In this document: positions 1 to 11,942 of the stretch, piece after piece
How the letters are laid out: each line of letters begins with the position of its first letter
Numbering within the stretch: position 1 is the stretch's first letter
Source of the DNA: Camelus dromedarius
Lineage: Eukaryota
Direction: 5' to 3'
NCBI RefSeq assembly: GCF_036321535.1
Contig: NC_087447.1
Location: 40,178,001-40,242,000, forward strand
Length of the DNA: 64,000 nt
The notes under the pieces: model-generated
What the model was told of the DNA's origin: nothing
The model's database searches: none
What the model saw: the letters and a program-made list of their open reading frames with translations, nothing else
Made by a program: the position numbers and the translations under genes

Positions 1-94
1 ACATTATTTGTGGGCCTACCAAGCACCAGGCACTGTGTCAAACCCTGTGAGGGACTAGGAGGTAAGAGGACTTGGGGAAGGCACAATAAGATAC

Positions 95-205
95 ACATGA
101 GGTTCAGAGTCTGACTGAACTGGCTTAAATCAAAGCTCTGGCATTCAAACTCTTAGTTTCCTCATCTGTGAAATGGGTCTACTACTCTTTCTTCATAGTT
201 ATTGA
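95..205 (+). mobile_element. MIR SINE fragment
   Basis: Core ttagtttcctcatctgtgaaatggg. Confidence 0.65.
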
Positions 206-257
206 AATAAGATTGCTTTTAAAAAGGTTTTGGTGTATCTTTGTGTTCTGGACTAGT

Positions 258-1316
258 CAATGGTTTCTTAGATAGGACATCAAACATACAAGCAACAAAA
301 GAGATAAACTGGACTTCATCAAAATTAAAAACTTTTTACACTTCAAAGGCCACTATCAAGAAAAAGGCAACCCACAGATAGGAGAAAATATTTGCAAATC
401 ATATATCTGATAAAAAACTAGTCTCCTCAATGTATCAAGAATTTTTCAACTCAACAATAAAAAGACAACTAACCCAAGTAAAGAATGGGCATGTGATCTG
501 AACAGACATTTCTTCAAAGAAGACATACAAATGGCCAATAAGCACATGAAAAGATGCTCAACATCATTAGCCATCAAAGAGATACAAATCAAACTCACAG
601 TGAGATATCTCTTCATACCCACTAGGAGATATCTCTTCATATCCACTAGGACGACTACAATCAAAAAGACAGACAAAAACAAGTGTTGGTGAGGATGTGG
701 AGAAACTGGATCCCTCAGTCATTGCTGGTAGGAACGTAACATGGTGTAGATGCTTTGGAAAAGTTTGGCAGTTCCTCAAAAAGTTAAACATACAGTTACC
801 ATATGAGCCAGCAATTATACACCCTAGAGAAATGAAAACATGTCCACTCAAAAATGTGAACACAAATGTTCATGGCAGCATTTTTCATAATAGCCAAAAA
901 ACAGAAATAACCCAAGTCCATTAACTGATGAATAAACAAAATGTGTCATATACACAATGGAATATTATTCAGCTATAAAAAAGGAATGAAGGGTTGATAT
1001 AAGGATAAACTGCAAAAACATTATGCTAAGTGAAAGAAACCAGACACAAAAGGACACATGTTGTATAATTACATTTATATGAAATTTTCCAGAACTGGCA
1101 AATCCATTGAGATAGAAAGCAGATTTGTTGTCACAAGGGAATGGGGGAAGGGGATTGGAGAGTGACTGCTAATAGGTATGGGGTTTCTTTTTATGGGGAT
1201 AAAATGTTCTAGAATTGGTGGTGGTGCTGCAAAACTTTGTGACTATATTAACATCATTGAATTGTATACTTTAAAAGGATAAATAGCATGGTACGTGAAT
1301 TATATCTTAATAAAAT
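258..1316 (+). mobile_element. L1 (L1MB-like) ORF2 3' end and 3'UTR, degenerate
   Basis: ctggacttcatcaaaattaaaaact, tggtgaggatgtggagaaactgga, aatggaatattattcagctataaaaaaggaatgaa; ends tgaattatatcttaataaaa. Confidence 0.92.
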
Positions 1317-1554
1317 ATTTGCATGAGAAAAAAGATGTATGGTACCAAGTTTGGCACTCATTAGTGTTGCTGTCGTAATTTTTATTGCTGAGACCTTGTC
1401 CTTGTCTTCTAGAAATTCAGTCTAGTGGTAAATTCAGAACTGTGAAATAAATAACTAGAATCCTATGTGCTTAGTTCTATTTGGAGCCCAGAAGAAGAAA
1501 TCTAATCCAACTTAGTAAACTGGAAAAGCCTTTGCAGAGAAGGTCTTTAAAAAC

Positions 1555-1623
1555 TATCATCATCATCATCACCACCGCCATCACCACCACCATCATCATC
1601 ACCATCACTATCACCATCATCAC
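1555..1623. repeat. Imperfect (CAT/CAC)n trinucleotide microsatellite
   Basis: catcatcatcaccaccgccatcaccaccaccatcatcatc... Confidence 0.95.
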
Positions 1624-1624
1624 A

Positions 1625-1840
1625 GCCTACATTTGTTGAGCACTTTTGATGTGCCAGTCACTGCTTTATGTGTTTTAGCTCTTAATCCTCACAAGAAATC
1701 CAAGAGGAAGGGACTATTATTATCCCCAGTTCACAGATGGGAAAACTGATGCACAAAACAGCTAAGTAACTGGCCCATGGTTTCAAAGACTGAAAAGAAC
1801 AGAACTAGGATTCAAGCCCAGGTGGTCTTACTCCAGAACA
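1625..1840 (-). mobile_element. MIR SINE
   Basis: atttgttgagcact...ttaatcctcacaag...acagatgggaaaactgatgcac...ggattcaagcccagg. Confidence 0.85.
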
Positions 1841-4654
1841 CACCACAGTGTACTGCTGCTGGTTTGCCAGGAATAAAAAGAAAGAACATTTAAGCGGAGA
1901 GATTGCCCATTCAAAGAGAAAGAAGTTCAAGGTGGATGGAAAGAAGGATACTTTGGGGAAAGGAAGTGAAATGAGGGAAAAGAGATAAGGATTATTTTGG
2001 AACTAGATGCTGAGAGCCTTAAATGTCAAGCAAAGAATATGGCTGTGGTCCTATAGTCACTGGGGCCATGGTGGGCAGAGGTGACAAAACAGGATTCTGC
2101 TCAAGTTCCATGCTAGGTCTCAGTGGACACTGCAATGTTGAACAAGACAAGGGTCCTTCCTTGAGGAAGCCATAGCCATTTAGGAAAGAAGGGAAGATGC
2201 ATAATGACCTACCCAACTAGTTATACTGGGCAAAAGCCCTTCCATTCAAACCAAATCTGATGAGCAGCACCAATCCAACAAAAAACAGGAAAATGGCAGT
2301 GACCTGGCTGAGAGAGTCAGAGACACCCCCACACAGCAGCCTGCCCTACTTCCTGGCAGCCCCTGAAGCACCTTCAAGAGGCTTCAACTGGGAGGGTCTA
2401 ACTAACTGGGGACACCCCAGCAAGGCCACAGGGAAGGAGAGCAGCACCCACACCTCGCTGCTGGATATTGCACAGGCATCTGGAAACATCCCTTCTGTTC
2501 CTTCTGCTCCTTCTGCTCAGGATCAAACCTTATCTTTAAAAAATGCATTCCCCTTCCCCTGGCAAATACTCCAACATTCAGTTATCATTCATCTGGGGCC
2601 TCCAGACTCCCAAAGGGGAACTGCAAGCAAGCGTATCAGAAGCTCCCACACCACAATCAGTGTGACCTACTCACTGGAACCTTTCAGAGAGTTTGTGGAA
2701 ACCCCATTAGGGGAAATGAAGTCACTGCTGAGATACAGCTCACTCCAGAGCCGGGGAGTGGGTATACAAATCCTTCTGCCTCCTTTCCAGTTGGAGCTGA
2801 CTGCAGAGAACCAACTCCCGAAAGCCCAGCTCCCTTCCCTATCTTACACACTACACAGCTCCTCCAGCTTGGACATAGCCAGACTATGACGGGCATTTCA
2901 AAGCAAGACTCCAAACCCCAACACACTGAGGTTGGCTTTGGGGTTAAGTCTGGATTCACTGCATTTCTTTGCAGTTAGCACATCTTTTCCTGTTTGCTGA
3001 GTTCTGTCACTCCAGGGCCAGGCATGAAGTGGGGTGGGAGGATGTGGGGTGAAGAAGGGCAGAAAGGGAAGGACGGAAGCCGTCCTGCATCCTCCCATCC
3101 ACAGGCCTGACCTAGCACTGCTCCCAAGGCAAGGCCGGGGATCCCATTCCCACCAGCTGGGGGGCTGCTGTCCATTTTTTGTGCAAACAGTAGCCAGTGT
3201 ACTGTCTCTGACCCTCCCAGCTAAATCTGAAAACTGTACCAGTGAAAGCTCAGTTTTCCCACCCTGGGCCCCAGCTCACACTTTGAGCCTGAAATTTCCG
3301 GGACGCCAGGCATACGGCATCCTAAAGTCAAAGCAAATACCAAAGGGCCTAATTACATAAAGGGAGAGAATTCGGTGCAGATGCTATCAAGACAGGAGAG
3401 AAGGCTTGCTGGCCAGGGCCAAGCCAGTTCCTCTAGGAACACACTTGTTATGATTCACATGGGAACTCGGAGTTCTGACAAGAAACTGAAAACCACGGCT
3501 GCTATACGCCTGGGCAGAGGAGCAGGCAAGAAGAGGGCTTCCCTGGTGATGTCGGGCATGGTGCAAACAAATCACAGATGCAAAGCGTTGTGATAACTCA
3601 ACCCAGAGGAACTCTCCACCATTCTCAGACCTAGTGGGGCTTTACTGTAGAGGACTCAGTGCCAAGGAAAGAAAACTTTTCATTAAAACTCAGCCCTGAG
3701 GCCGAGCCCCAAATTAGATTGTACATTCCTCCCACAGTCTCTGTCCTTAGTGCTACCCCAGAACTAAGCTCCACGTGTTACAAGTATGTGCATCTGATTC
3801 CCAGACTACTGTAAGTGCTCCTCAGAAGCTGCCCCCGTGTTCTGAATAAGGCCTGGCACACTGGAGGCCTCGATAAACAGTTGATGGATGAAGGAACTTC
3901 CCACACCCTCGTGGCCCACCCAGTTCTGGCTGTTTGTCTGTAACTGGGATGTTGAGTTCACATCAGCCAGGGTTTGTGTCTGCATTTCCCACCCAGGCTG
4001 GGGGAGCTGGGGTCTGCCAAGGCCACCAGCATCATGGACGTCAGCAGATCTGTGTGCTCAGGCGACATAAATTTATTATGCAGTGGGGAGTGAGGCAGAT
4101 CCAACAGCAGCAGGAAGTCCATTGTGTAGATAAGCTTGGCATTGCTTAGGCCTCCACGTCTGTGGAGACAGACATGGAAAAATCAGCTCTTTATTTATCA
4201 ACGGTGGGAATAGGGAAAAAGGGGACTTGTCCACTGTCAAGGCACAGGGCTGGGGCAGCCCCAGCTCACACAGGACCCCATTGCCCCCTGGAGGAGCCCC
4301 ACAAGCACTACCCATTTCTTGGTGACATGGCACATCTTTCAACCCACAAGTGGGAGGGTGTGCTGGGACTGTGTCAAGAATGCTAAAGGGATCAGCCCCC
4401 AGAGGGAGCCGCCACTGAGGGGACCAGGGGCTAAGTCAGGGGTTAGCAGTCTGGAGACTTGATTTCCGCTTCTGAATTCTGCCTCCAATTTCCTTGGGAG
4501 CTTTGTGCGCAGACAGCCCAGTGAGGTGGGGTGCAGAAAGCCAGCACTGGGAGGCAGCAGGCAGACTGGTTCTGGGGCTCACAAGCTGGCTCACCTGGGC
4601 TCTGCACCTCATTGAAAAGAAGGATTATAGGATCTAAACTGTAACACCCCCAGC

Positions 4655-4925
4655 ACTTTCTACCTGCGAGCCACTGTCCTAACCATGTGTTTCATCCTTC
4701 TAGCTGCCCTATGAGGTAACAGTCATCACCATCTCTACTTTGTAAAGGAGGAAACGGAGGCACCGAAAAGTTAAGCAACTTGCTCCAGGTACCACTGTTA
4801 CCCTCATTTTTGAGCTAAAAAAATGGAGGTCAAAGAGGGCAAGAAATTGCTCCAAGGTGGGTCACGTAATAAGGAGGTGGTCAAGTCTGGACACGAACCC
4901 AGGCAGTGTGGGTCCCAAGTCTGTG
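4655..4925 (-). mobile_element. MIR fragments (two adjacent core copies)
   Basis: gaggaaacggaggcaccgaaaagttaagcaacttgctcc and aaaatggaggtcaaagagggcaagaaattgctccaaggt. Confidence 0.7.
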
Positions 4926-6299
4926 GACAGCAAAGCTGGACCGCAGGGCATGCGGTCAGGATGAAGCAAGGAGAGTTTCAGCTCCTTCCCCACCTGGAGC
5001 ATAGAAGAGCTGGATTCAAGCTGAGTGCACGGGGCCTCTGCGCGGAAGGCCTGATCCGCATCTGGGCCGTTCTTCGTGTGTTTCCCTGGGGTGGAAATTT
5101 GCAGGCTGGATGGAGCTAGAGCCCATGCAAATCCCGGGAAGCCACTCTGGCCAGTGCCTCAGCAGCGGGGCTTTGGGCATGGACAGTGTTGGCCTCTCCG
5201 GTGCCTCTGGAGACCTGGCAGTGAGCTGAGTGACACGAGGTCACGCGTGGTGCCGTCTCCCTGGTAGCAGCAGCCCTCCGGATGTGCTGACCTGCAGGCC
5301 AGCTCCCCAGGCAGCGCTCTGGTTCCAAGGACGTGCTGTCATGCTTCCTGGTGTGGCTTCCCAGCCTCACCAGCTCTTAGGACGGGCTGCTTATCTAAAC
5401 CCAGGCAGGAAGGCCCTGACTGTTACTAGGTTACCACAAGTGAAAACAGCTCGATCAGAATCGCAGGACACAGAGTTATTGAATCTAACATGCCTCCCAC
5501 ATCCTATTCTAGGGGCCTGCCCTGGCGCTGCAGTGCTAAGAGGGGCTCATGAGAGATGCAGCCACCTATGGTTCTAGCCGTGGGTGAAGAAGTCCCTGGA
5601 AGGGGGTGGCCAGACTGGCTTCTTCACGGTGACTTCAAGGGCCACTCTGGGTGAGGAGCAAACCCTCATCTGACTTGACACAGCCCTGCCCTGCCCTGGT
5701 CTGACTCTTCTGGAACTCGGTCACACCCAGTTATTCCTGAGTAACAATTAACACCACTTAAAAACCACCGAAGTTTACAGAAAGGAAAAGGGAGAAAAAT
5801 ATCTTGTTCTCCTGCCTGCTCTCAAAAAAAGAAAAAAAAAAAATACAAATTCCTCTGAGAAACATTCCATTCTTCTCTGTCCTTCTCTTCCGGCCCGAGC
5901 TGGTGCTTTCCCCCTGGTAGGAGCAACTGCAACCAGTGACCACCAGGGTCTGGATTTTCAGGGACAGTTTCATTTGCAAACATCCTGCCCCTCAGCCTTG
6001 TAATTACATTCCTATTGGACCCCTGGTTTGGGAATTTTAAGTACATTCATCAAGGTTGTGTTTCCACTCTGGGTGCTATTCATACCTCATGCATCCTCCC
6101 TCCTATCTAAGGCATGATTTCCCTGAAGCCCAGCCACACAGCTGCCCCCAGCCCCGCGCAGTGGAAGAGATCAGCAGCTAGTGAGCCCATGACTCCTTTC
6201 ACTTTAGATGTCAAAGTGTGCCGTCAGCAGTGCCAGCTCCATCCCACCTTTGCAGGTGCCTGTCCATCCCCTACTGGGAAGAGCAATAGTCAAGGCAGC

Positions 6300-6520
6300 A
6301 TTCATAATAGCAATAATAAAACCAGAGCTCCCACTTACTGCTTGCTTTCATTGTGCAAGCACTGTGCTAAGCACTTTGTAACATATGCACCTCATTTCTT
6401 TCCTACAATAACCTTGAACCGGGCATATTCGTTGATGAGAAAACTGGAGTTTACGAAGGTTAACTGACCTGACCATGGTCACAGAACTAGGATGAGAACT
6501 AGTCCCGGATCCCAGTTTCT
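6300..6520 (-). mobile_element. MIR SINE
   Basis: gcactgtgctaagcacttt...gatgagaaaactggag...ggttaactgacctg. Confidence 0.8.
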
Positions 6521-7229
6521 ACTTGAAATCACAATCCTGTATTAATTCTTCCAGGTTTCCTTGGGTGTTATGTGGCAGGGTATTAGCATGTTCTCTCTTC
6601 AACTAAGATATCTAAGACCATTGAGACCACTCTGTGGGATGGTAGAGGATGCAAGAGAGGGCTCATGTTCCCAAAACTCAGGAGGCTGCCCAGCTGGGGA
6701 CTGGAGAGAAAGGTAAACAGAGACCAGGAATGCTCAATTGTTTGGGATCACCTCTGTCCACTGTAGACTTTTGTGGAAGAGACAGATTTGGTCAAGCAAG
6801 GGTCCCTCCAGGAGATGGCCCATAAGTGGAGGACTGAGGCTGACGATTCAGAGAGACACAAGAAATGTCAGGTCAAGAATGAGGGAGGCAGTCTGGAGGG
6901 AGTAGGGAGGCCAGGCTGAGTGGAAGTGAGTGTGGTGCTATAGGAAGGGGCAGAGGAAGGGGAGGGAGGGGGAACCAGATTGTGGAGGGCCTGGGATGTC
7001 AGACCAAAGGGTTTGGATGGTTTCCCTCCTTGGGCTATTATGGGTTTGGAGTAGAATGAAAGTGCTAGTTTAGGACAATTGGTTCCAGAGTAATAAAAAA
7101 GACGGTAAGAAGAGAGAAAGAAACTAGAGGTGGAGAAACCAGTCATTGCAGCATTTGAAACAGACTCACTCTCTTGAATCCCCTCCTTCAGCCTTGACCA
7201 CAGATGCTCAGGCACCTCTGCTGGTTCCC

Positions 7230-8045
7230 TTCGTCTTCCTGACCTCTGCATTTATGAGTGCCTGGGGTCCTCCTCCCTTCTTGACCTTTATCTTACATCC
7301 TCTTCCTATGGCTTTAAATATCATCTACATGCTGATGACGCTCAAAATGATCCCCAACTCCGAAACTCCCAGACTCGGGTAACCAATGGCTTACTGACAT
7401 TCCCAGCTGCTCTAATAAGCATCTCAGTTGCGGTGCCAGACCTGCAACCAAACTTCTGATCACACATCGTTCCCCACCTACCACCCTTCCACTCCTCTCC
7501 CAGTCATTGCCATCTCCGTAAATGAATAGCCACTTCTCACTTTTCCAGCTCCTTGGACCAAAAATCTGGAGTCAACGTAGATTCCTTTCCTCTTACCTCA
7601 CAATCAATCCACCAATAAACCCTGTTGACTCTACCTTCAGAAAACATTCTGTACCGATCAGCCTCCCCTCCTCCACGCTGCCACCCTGATCCAAGATGCC
7701 ATCCTCCCTCCCCTGCCCTGATAGCAGGGCTCCTGCTTGGCTTCCGGCTTCTCCCCTGTCCCCTTACAGTCCATCCCCCAACAACAACCACAGTGGTCTT
7801 TCTAAAGTCAGATTGGGTCACACCCAGCTCACAACCTCTAACATCTTCCTGTGGCAAACAGAACTCAAAACCAGATCTTATGATGGCCTCAAGACCCTAC
7901 ATGACCTTGCCCTCCAACTTCCCTTCTGTCTTCAGCTCCTGCCACTCCCCCTGCCCGCTCTGCACTCCAGCCATAATGGTCTCCCTAAGCACATACAGGG
8001 CACAGGGCCTTTTTACTTGCTTTGCCCTCTGCCTGGAACATTCCT
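7230..8045 (+). mobile_element. L2 LINE fragment
   Basis: aaaatctggagtcaacgtagattcctttcctcttacctcacaatcaatccaccaataaaccctgttgactctaccttcagaa resembles the L2 ORF2 C-terminal consensus; ends abruptly at gcctggaacattcct. Confidence 0.85.
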
Positions 8046-8137
8046 CTAAGATACACAAACACTCCAGCCTCCAGAAATAGATACATGTTCATGTTTATCA
8101 CATTCTCTCTTTCTTTTTAGTTGCTTAGTAAGCTTTT
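8046..8137 (+). repeat. Copy 1 of a ~92-95 bp dispersed direct duplication
   Basis: ctaagatacacaaacactccagcctccagaaatagatac...ttctttttagttgcttagtaagctttt is near-identical to 9013-9107. Confidence 0.95.
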
Positions 8138-8329
8138 ATGTATATATGGCTATTTTTCTAATACCAAGAAAAGGAATATATTGCAGAAAATACACAGAAC
8201 TAGTTTTAGCTTTCTTCATATTAACATCCACCTTTCCAACATTTTAAATGTTTGTAAATATTTCCAGCATCTAATTGTATATTCTTCCATTATGGGCTTC
8301 TTTTTTCCTGTTTTCAATCTAGTAACTTT

Positions 8330-8640
8330 GCAATATTTTTCACAACATTTCACTATACATTTTCAAATGTACAGAAAAGTTGAAACAATTTTAGTGAACA
8401 CCTAAATACCCACCACCTAGAGTCCATGATTAGATTTTACTCTCCTTGCTTTATCTCACACCTATTCATCCATCCACCTCTCTACCCATTCATCAATGCA
8501 TCTTATTTTTTGGTGAATCTGTACATTTCTTCCCAAATACTTCAGGATACATTAATTAGAGTTCAATATTTATTCAAGTTTTTTTTTCAGGTAAAATTTA
8601 CATACAAAAATGTGCCCATCTAAAAATACCACTTAATGTA
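8330..8640 (-). mobile_element. Old L1M fragment
   Basis: tttcaaatgtacagaaaagttgaaacaattttagtgaacacc...caccacctag. Confidence 0.7.
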
Positions 8641-9012
8641 ACAATTTACAATACATGTTGCTTCTCATAGCATTGGTTTTCTCCCCATCAGTGGTCTTTA
8701 TTCAGTTGACCTAGTAAGTTGTCCCTGGACTCGTGCTGGCATCCAGTGCACATTAGTGCACATAGTTATCAGCAAGGAGCTTCTAGTCAAGGGGGCGGGC
8801 TTGGGGCCAATCAGCCAGCTACCTTGCCTTCCTTTCTCCCTTTGGGAAAGCAGAAGCTACAGGCCCTTCCAAGGCCCCCAAAAAGGGTGTGGAGGAATCT
8901 CACATTCCTTTAGGAGGAAGAGGGGAAAGAGCCTTCTGAGATGGGCTGAGTCTAGATGTATTCAAAGCTAAAAACGTTAGGCTAGTTATCCATATGTGGG
9001 TAAAAAGTAGAG

Positions 9013-9107
9013 CTAAGATACACAAACACTCCAGCCTCCAGAAATAGATACGCAGGTTCATGTTTATCACTTTTCTCTCCTTCTTTTTAGTTGCTTAGTA
9101 AGCTTTT
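9013..9107 (+). repeat. Copy 2 of the ~92-95 bp duplication
   Basis: Same sequence as 8046-8137 with a few substitutions and 3 extra nt. Confidence 0.95.
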
Positions 9108-9809
9108 GCTTTTATACATAACAATGGTAATAGCCAGCACTCATAATCCTTTATTCACAGCAACCCACACTCATCCTGCCAATTTCACAGCCTTAACTTT
9201 CAAGAGGCGGAGCCAGGATTCAAATCCAGGTGCCTGGCTCCAGGGACCACGCCTTTAGCCACAGTGTCACAGAGACCATTGCAGGTAGTCAGGGAGAGGG
9301 AATCCCCACAGCCTTCCATTGCTCCACTTCTCTGTGAATTTTCGTTCTTTTTCAAGTCTGTCTATCTGACCTCCTGTGACCTCCTCAAAAGTAAAAAGGC
9401 AGGCCTGGCTTGCCTTTGTACCCCCAGCAACTAGACTGGCCCAGATTAAGTGCTCAGTGATGATTAGAAAAAAGAGAGGTGAAAGTACTCGGCAGGCCTT
9501 GGGTGGACCAGCACCCTTGGGGGCCAGTCTGGGTTGGGGCTGTGAGAGCAGCAGGTAGTGGCAGGATCCAGGAGGAAAACCACAGCAGGTTGCCCCTTCC
9601 CACCCAGGACTGTGACTTCTGGAAGGGGTGAACATCAGGGGTAACTTAATCCAATGAGAAAGGCACAGCACAGGCTGTGCACCCACCTACACTTTCCCAG
9701 CCCAGAGAACCCAGCCAGGCCTGTGACCAGCAGCTGTCAACCTGCCCGATGACAAACATTTCCACTCAGCGGGTGCCAAGACTGGGGGCCACTTGAGGTC
9801 TGGAGAAGC

Positions 9810-10200
9810 ATCTACTGAGTGTCTTACATAGGCCAGGCCTGCGGCAGATGCTTTAAGTGAACCAACTCATTTCCACTGTGAAAGTGGCATTGCTTTCCCA
9901 GTAGACGGTTGAGAAATGGAGACTCAGAGGTTATTTGACTTAATAGAGCTGGCATTTGTGGAGGTCTAAGTCTGTGGCAGGCACTGATCTAAGTGCTTCA
10001 GATGTTTCAACTCATTCAAACTTCACAGCAACCCAAGGCTAGGAAACTAAGGCACAGAATAGGGTTAAGTGGAGAGTCCAAGGTCACATCACAGTTAGGA
10101 AGGAGGAACTTGCATACAGACCCAGGCTTCTAGCTCCAGAGCATAAACTCAGATCTGCCATGTTACATTTGCCTAAGATCACATGGCAGTTAAGACAGAG
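9810..10200 (-). mobile_element. Cluster of MIR fragments
   Basis: catctactgagtgtctt...gagaaatggagactcagagg...ggaaactaaggcacaga...aaggtcaca. Confidence 0.7.
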
Positions 10201-11424
10201 CCAAGGGTCACTACTAGATCCTTAAGACTCTGGCATCTGGCTTTTTCTTTGGCATAGCCCATGCTGTCACCTTTCTCCCAAGTGTTAGAGCCCATTTTCC
10301 CTTTCTGGCCCCTTTTCTCTCCCTCGTGAGACTCCTCCAGTGGCTCCCCCTTACCCCATGAACACTCATGGCCATGGGCAAGGCTGACCTTACCCGTGGG
10401 CAGCAGCCTTGTCCCAGGCTGGGCTCTGCAGAAAGGCCACTGTGGGCCTGGTAATGGATCTGGATGAGAAGAGGCCAGGCGTTCCTTGCACGTTCACCGA
10501 CTCCTATTGCTCTGAGGTGAGCAAAGAAGAGACTATTTACCTGAGCCCAGCAGCTGTTTCTGCAGCCAGCCCAGAGCTGGGCTGAAAGCCCAAGGGGCAA
10601 AGGCCGTCCTTGCTTCTCCACAGCCATGTCTGGACCAGCTAACCGCCCCCCCAGAGCCCCTGAGAATTCCCGAAGAAGGAGGTGGCAGGTAGGAATACAC
10701 CTAAGAATATACTGTAAGGATGCACTGGCCTCCTTCATATTCTCCTTTTACAGGGTCTCTAGCCCCATAGGTAGGTGCTGAATGAATAGAGCTTAGGGGT
10801 CTAAGCATAGCTTAGCTCAGGCATGCAAACAGGTAAAGTCTCATCAGCCCTCAGTCAAATACCCTCGAGAAACAGCGCATACGGTGGCTAAGCAAGGCAC
10901 AGGTCCTGAAGCAGGCAGGCCACTAACCAGCTGTGTGGCTTTGAGCACAGAAGCTTATTACACTCATTTCTCTTGACCTCAGTTTGCTCAACCATAAACA
11001 GGTATAAGGGTAGTTCCTACCAGCTAGGGTTGTTATGGGGATGGAGTTAGTAAACTGCAGAATTGGTCACGAAAGAGCCTAGTCTAGCACCGGATAAGCA
11101 GTCAATAAACAGTAGTGATGACTGACAGCTCCTCTCCACCCTCCCTTCTTCCTGAGGAGGAATCCCAGAAATGAAATCAGCATTTGGATCTCTAAGAGCT
11201 GTAGTCCAGTCCATCTGGGGATATGGATGCTGTGATCCTACCAGTTCAGAGGTGGGGCACAGCTAGCATTCCCTGGGGTGGACGTACTGCCCTTATGAGG
11301 GCATCTTCAGGAGATGGATGAACCCTAAGTGCAGCCTGGGCATCCAGAAGGTCCCCTGCACCAGCGAGTTGTCCTCTGCCCCTTGAGCTCACAGGCCCAT
11401 GCACTAACTTGAAAGGGACATTAG

Positions 11425-11485
11425 GTCAGGGGTCAGTGCACTTCTGTAAAGTGCCACACAGCAAATACTTTAGAGTTTTTGCCAA
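11425..11485 (+). mobile_element. MER58-like hAT terminal fragment
   Basis: caggggtcagtgcacttctgtaaagtgccacacagcaaatactttag resembles the MER58 5' end. Confidence 0.5.
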
Positions 11486-11589
11486 CCGCTGGCTTATAGT
11501 ATCCTGTCTGACACTTCCTTCCCCATGATGCCTTCCCCTTAAGGGGCCCAGAAGATATTCATGGGAGCCCAGTGGCCATTATCAGATGG

Positions 11590-11942
11590 GTTCCCCTTGC
11601 CACTCCTGCTGTCTGGAACGCCCTCCCCCAGATCCCTGTGCTGAGGCTCCTTTTCAGCATTCAGGTCTTAGTTCAAACATCACATTCCTCAGAGATACCT
11701 CCCCTGCCCCACCCCATCTACTCCCATTGCATCTCCCTTTTTATTTTCTGCACGGTGCTTATCACAACCCTAAAGCTTTTTTTATTTATTAACTGGTTCA
11801 CTGTGAGTCTCTCCCTCTGGAATGTAAGCTCCACCAAAGCAGGGGCCCTGCCTCCCTTACCCACACGGTACCCCCAGGGGCCAGAATAGTCCCTAACCTC
11901 ATAGGAGGTGCCAGGAAATATTTGCCAAGTGAATAAATGCAT
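11590..11942 (+). mobile_element. L2 3' end
   Basis: ctggaatgtaagctccacc...cataggaggtgccaggaaatatttgccaagtgaataaatg. Confidence 0.85.

Noticed and set aside
446..924. ORFs with L1-like peptides (also 20518-20968)
   Set aside because: Fragments of degenerate L1 ORF2/3'UTR, not host genes
2260..2889. Longest ORF in the track (209 aa, + strand)
   Set aside because: No recognisable domain, Ser/Pro/Leu-rich composition typical of chance ORFs, antisense within an intron, no supporting gene structure
6870..8000. Oppositely oriented L2 fragments as a possible dsRNA/miRNA source
   Set aside because: Copies are too diverged for a visible extended stem
7537..8080. 151-aa and overlapping ORFs (also 43433-43930)
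   Set aside because: Lie in decayed L2 sequence
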